A stretch of DNA of 64,000 bases from contig CAYTCV010000001.1 in the NCBI GenBank assembly GCA_964436465.1, positions 31,852 through 95,851 of the forward strand, written 5' to 3'. Positions 61,161 to 64,000 of this stretch are shown piece by piece (the stretch's first letter is position 1; each line of letters opens with the position of its first letter). Below the pieces are notes generated by a model. That model saw only the letters and a list, made by a program, of their open reading frames with translations. It was not told where the DNA came from and did not search any database. The DNA is from an uncultured bacterium (GTDB lineage Bacteria > RBG-13-66-14). The translations under genes were made by a program, and so were the position numbers.

Positions 61161-63157
61161 GGACCGGACTCATCACCCGCAGGATGGTCTCAACCCGCGG
61201 CCAGCGCGGGTTGACCCTCATCGAGCTCCTCATCGCCATGGCGATTTTCGCGATTATCATGGTGCCGATGGTGCTTCTGGTAACCGGGGCCGGGACCGGA
61301 TTCAACGAGTCGAGCCGGAGGGCCGAGCTTCAACGCCGGGGCCGCATAGCCCTCCAGACGATGGTGGCCGCCCTGGGCCAGGCCGGGGCCGACCCGACGG
61401 GTGGAGACCTCTTCGAGGCGATTCCCGAGGCGGGGCCCCACGCCGTCGTCGTGGCCGCCGATTACCGGGGTAACGAGCCGTACACGCCCCCCGACGGCGA
61501 CGCCGATGACCGGGCCGAACGGGTCGGATTCCGCCTCGTACCCGGCGGCTCCCTGGTCGATGAAATCGGCGACCCCGAACGGCCGGACCTCTTCGAGCTC
61601 TCCCGCGACGTGCGCGATTTCAGCGTGGTTTACCGGGACGGGGCCGGCGAGGTCATCGCCCCCGAGGAGCTGGCCTCGGAGAAGGCCCCCGGCGTCATGG
61701 CCCGCCGTCGCATCCGCAGCCTGGAGCTCAGTCTGACGCTCGCCCCGGCCGACGACCCCCGGTTCGCGCCCATCGTTCTTTCCACCACCGTGACTCCGGT
61801 GAACCTGGCCTCCCGGTATCTCGGCGTGGCGGCGGGGGGCGTGTTTCCCACGGGCGAGGAGGCGGGCGGGGCCGGGGAGACGGCCGTTCCCGGCGAGGGT
61901 GCCCCGCCCCAGGGTCCGCCCGTGCTCCTGACCCAGGGGGCGGCGGCGGAGCTGCGCGATTCGGGCGTCGGCTCGCCCCGGGTCGTCTTCGATTCCCCCA
62001 CCGACGGCGCGGTGCTGCGGGGGTCGGTCCCCGTGGGCGCGGCGGCCTACGACGCCGACGGCACCGTGCGCCAGGTGGAGTTCTACCTCGACGACCGGGT
62101 GCTCGGGGTGGACGGCTACGCGCCCTACGACGCCCTGGACGGCGGCTGGAATCCAGTCTCCGGCGACGCGGCCGTCCCCGACGGCCACCACCTGCTCTAC
62201 GCCCTGGCGGTGGACAACCGCCACCAGGTCGGCTCCGACGCGCTGGTCGTGGACGTGCGCTCGGGCTCGGGACCGGCGCTCCGGCTGGATACCTCGCGCC
62301 CGGCCTACGTTCTGGCCAGCCGCGAGCTCACCGGCGCCTTCAGCATCGAAAATTCCGGCGACGCCGAGGTCCGCCTGACCCAGCTCCGGGTGGTGTGGAA
62401 CCGCCGGGGGCTGCTCCTGTCGGGGGTGGAGTACGACGGGGTGAGCCGTTTCAGCGACGCGGAGGGCGTGGCGAGCGGCGACCTCGTTACGCTGAAGGAG
62501 ACGCTGGTCCTGCCGCCGGGCGCGAGCGGGGAACTGGTTCTGCAATTCATCCCCGGACCGGGCGCCAATAATCCGCGCCTCGCGGGGACGCGGCTGGCCG
62601 TGCTGGCCGCCGACGCGCAGGGGCGCAGATGGGGGATGAGCTGCTACCTGACCCCGGCCTCCTTCATGCTCGACCGGCTCTTGGTGCAGGGCTCGGCCTA
62701 CCTGGACCGCTGGGCGGATTATTACCGTCTGGCGCGTTTGGCCACGGGCGACGCCCTGTACTCGGATGAAAGGTATTCAATCCTGACCTTCCCAATCTCC
62801 TACGACGGCCTGGTTTGGCTCCTGACGGCCGACCGGGACAGAACCAAGGGTTGGGGTGAGGCGGCGCTCGGTCGGGACTTCCTGGGCCGCCTGAGGGCTG
62901 ACAACCGGGTCCACGTTTACCTCCTCTACGACGACACCGCCACCCCGCCGATGTGGGTGCGCGATAGCTTCCTGAAGAGCCGCTACGTGGCGCTCACCGA
63001 CAACTCCCGGGCCGACCGCCTGCGCGTGTGGCTGGACACGGCCGAACCGGGCGAGATTTTCTTCTACGGCAACCGCTCCGCCGGGGTCTCCGACAACGCG
63101 GACTGTATGTACATGCTGGGTTTCGGCGGGCTCTTCGCCCCGGGAACGGGCGATTGA
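61157..63157 (+). CDS. large type IV pilin-like (pseudopilin) protein with N-terminal prepilin cleavage/methylation motif
   Basis: GLTLIELLIAMAIFAIIMVP: Gly at the cleavage site, Glu at +5, hydrophobic helix; followed by about 620 aa including Ig-like beta-rich regions. An alternative start at 61184 gives a 9-aa leader. Confidence 0.65.
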   Translation: MRTGLITRRMVSTRGQRGLTLIELLIAMAIFAIIMVPMVLLVTGAGTGFNESSRRAELQRRGRIALQTMVAALGQAGADPTGGDLFEAIPEAGPHAVVVAADYRGNEPYTPPDGDADDRAERVGFRLVPGGSLVDEIGDPERPDLFELSRDVRDFSVVYRDGAGEVIAPEELASEKAPGVMARRRIRSLELSLTLAPADDPRFAPIVLSTTVTPVNLASRYLGVAAGGVFPTGEEAGGAGETAVPGEGAPPQGPPVLLTQGAAAELRDSGVGSPRVVFDSPTDGAVLRGSVPVGAAAYDADGTVRQVEFYLDDRVLGVDGYAPYDALDGGWNPVSGDAAVPDGHHLLYALAVDNRHQVGSDALVVDVRSGSGPALRLDTSRPAYVLASRELTGAFSIENSGDAEVRLTQLRVVWNRRGLLLSGVEYDGVSRFSDAEGVASGDLVTLKETLVLPPGASGELVLQFIPGPGANNPRLAGTRLAVLAADAQGRRWGMSCYLTPASFMLDRLLVQGSAYLDRWADYYRLARLATGDALYSDERYSILTFPISYDGLVWLLTADRDRTKGWGEAALGRDFLGRLRADNRVHVYLLYDDTATPPMWVRDSFLKSRYVALTDNSRADRLRVWLDTAEPGEIFFYGNRSAGVSDNADCMYMLGFGGLFAPGTGD

Positions 63158-63171
63158 AAAAGGGAGTAACG

Positions 63172-63486
63172 ATGCGCGGATGGATTCCGGTCCTGCTGGT
63201 GCTGGCGGTGGTGGTCATGGCCGAGGGAACCGGGGAGCCGGCCTCGGACTTCGACACGGCGATTCCGGTCACCACCATCGACGAGGAGTACGCCTACGTC
63301 GCCGACCGGGTCTGCCCGGAGTGCGGCGGGGCCTACGCGGTGGCGGAGCAGTCTCTGGTGTTCGACGACGCCGGCACGCCCTTCGACCTTCTCCATGCCC
63401 AGTGCCAGAGCTGCGGCGCTGAGCGGGATTTCTTCTTCGACGTTTCGGCGCTGCCGTGGTTCTCCGGCGAGTGGGACGGGGAGTAG
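63172..63486 (+). CDS. small secreted protein with CxxC...CxxC zinc-ribbon-like motif
   Basis: AAGGGAG RBS 5 nt before the ATG; signal peptide MRGWIPVLLVLAVVVMA; CPECGG...CQSCGA. Confidence 0.4.
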   Translation: MRGWIPVLLVLAVVVMAEGTGEPASDFDTAIPVTTIDEEYAYVADRVCPECGGAYAVAEQSLVFDDAGTPFDLLHAQCQSCGAERDFFFDVSALPWFSGEWDGE

Positions 63487-63524
63487 GTTCATCGGCGTTC
63501 CGTTAGAGGCTAGTGGCGGATTTT

Positions 63525-63858
63525 CGCACCCGCCCGATGCTTCCGGTGCATAAATGTAGGGCGGGGATTTTAATCCCCGCCGCTTTGTTTACATGGCAGC
63601 CATCACCCCTGACCCCTCTCCCACAGGGAGAGGGGGGACCGCTACACCCCCCTCCCTAGCCCTCCCCCCAAAGAGGGGAGGGGATTGGCGGCAACCCTCG
63701 CCCCAAATGTGTTTGCGATGACGTAGGGGCGGGGCTCCGTCCCCGTCCGTTTTGCCTCTGAATGTAGGGCGGGGAATCCTTTCCCCGCCGCGTCTACCCT
63801 CACCCTAGCCCTCTCCCTAGCCCGTAAGCGCGCTTCCCCCCAGAGGGGGGAGGGGACT
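63525..63858. repeat. REP-like palindromic element cluster (locus 5), copies in both orientations
   Basis: gtagggcggggattttaatccccgcc; cccctctcccacagggagagggg; cctccctagccctccccccaaagaggggagggg; gcgatgacgtaggggcgggg (reverse complement of ccccgcccctacgtcatcgc); gtagggcggggaatcctttccccgcc; ctaccctcaccc (reverse complement of gggtgagggtag). Confidence 0.7.
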
Positions 63859-63861
63859 TTA

Positions 63862-64000
63862 TCAATGCGCGTCGAGCCAGTTCCCCCCGCTCCCCACCTC
63901 GACCACCAGCGGCACCTGCAGCTTCAAGAGGCCCTCGCAGGCGTTCTCCATCGCCTCCCGCAGAATCCCGCCCACGCGCCCCTTCTCCCCCTCCGGGCAC
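63862..64000 (-). CDS. polA: DNA polymerase I, C-terminal fragment (gene continues beyond the window)
   Basis: Minus-strand frame ending ...GEKGRVGGILREAMENACEGLLKLQVPLVVEVGSGGNWLDAH* matches the conserved PolA C-terminus (...VPL.V.V..G.NW..AH); absent from the ORF track because it has no start in the window. Confidence 0.7.
   Translation of the reverse strand, partial: CPEGEKGRVGGILREAMENACEGLLKLQVPLVVEVGSGGNWLDAH

Overview
High-GC (~65-70%) bacterial chromosomal segment, densely coded, with many overlapping stop/start junctions and GTG/TTG starts. It is mostly core housekeeping: panB, folK, an aminotransferase, hemW, mreB, uppP, ftsK-lolA, rimO-pgsA-pgpA, rluD, hypE, recA, xseA-xseB-ispA-pyrC, and the 3' end of polA at the right edge. 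It also carries many secreted or lipoprotein genes (TPR, PQQ and NHL beta-propellers, CBM9/DUF5916, two PHP metallohydrolase paralogs), one tRNA-Ala(GGC), and an ECF sigma / anti-sigma module. Eleven consecutive same-strand genes with 0-41 nt gaps (47727->37865, minus strand) hold an anaerobe-type flavin-based electron-bifurcation gene set (hdrC, hdrB, hdrA, mvhD, two FeS proteins, HydB/HydG-like NAD(P)H module). They are probably one transcript, and the run is interrupted by a TonB-C-like protein, a DUF202 protein and an ABC-2 exporter pair. A REP-like family of GC-rich palindromic elements (GGGCGGGG-loop-CCCCGCCC followed by CTACGTCATCGCA-like tails, plus CTCTCCCC/GGGGAGAG hairpins) fills at least six intergenic sites and sometimes doubles as terminators. 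Other oddities: three tandem paralogous mini-membrane proteins; twin GAACGGAyT-N4-ArTCCGTTC palindromes; six tandem 21-22 bp repeats in a 300-bp divergent intergenic region (about 45-175 bp upstream of the ECF sigma start) that could hold a divergent promoter; a cyclase-homology domain with both metal-binding Asp replaced; an acidic proline-rich protein with 5 x EEYAVPAFDS repeats just upstream of mreB; a dual zinc-ribbon membrane protein coupled to rimO; and a 666-aa pilin-like protein. No CRISPR array, transposase, integrase or prophage genes were seen. Many long ORFs in the six-frame track are antisense artefacts of the high GC content.
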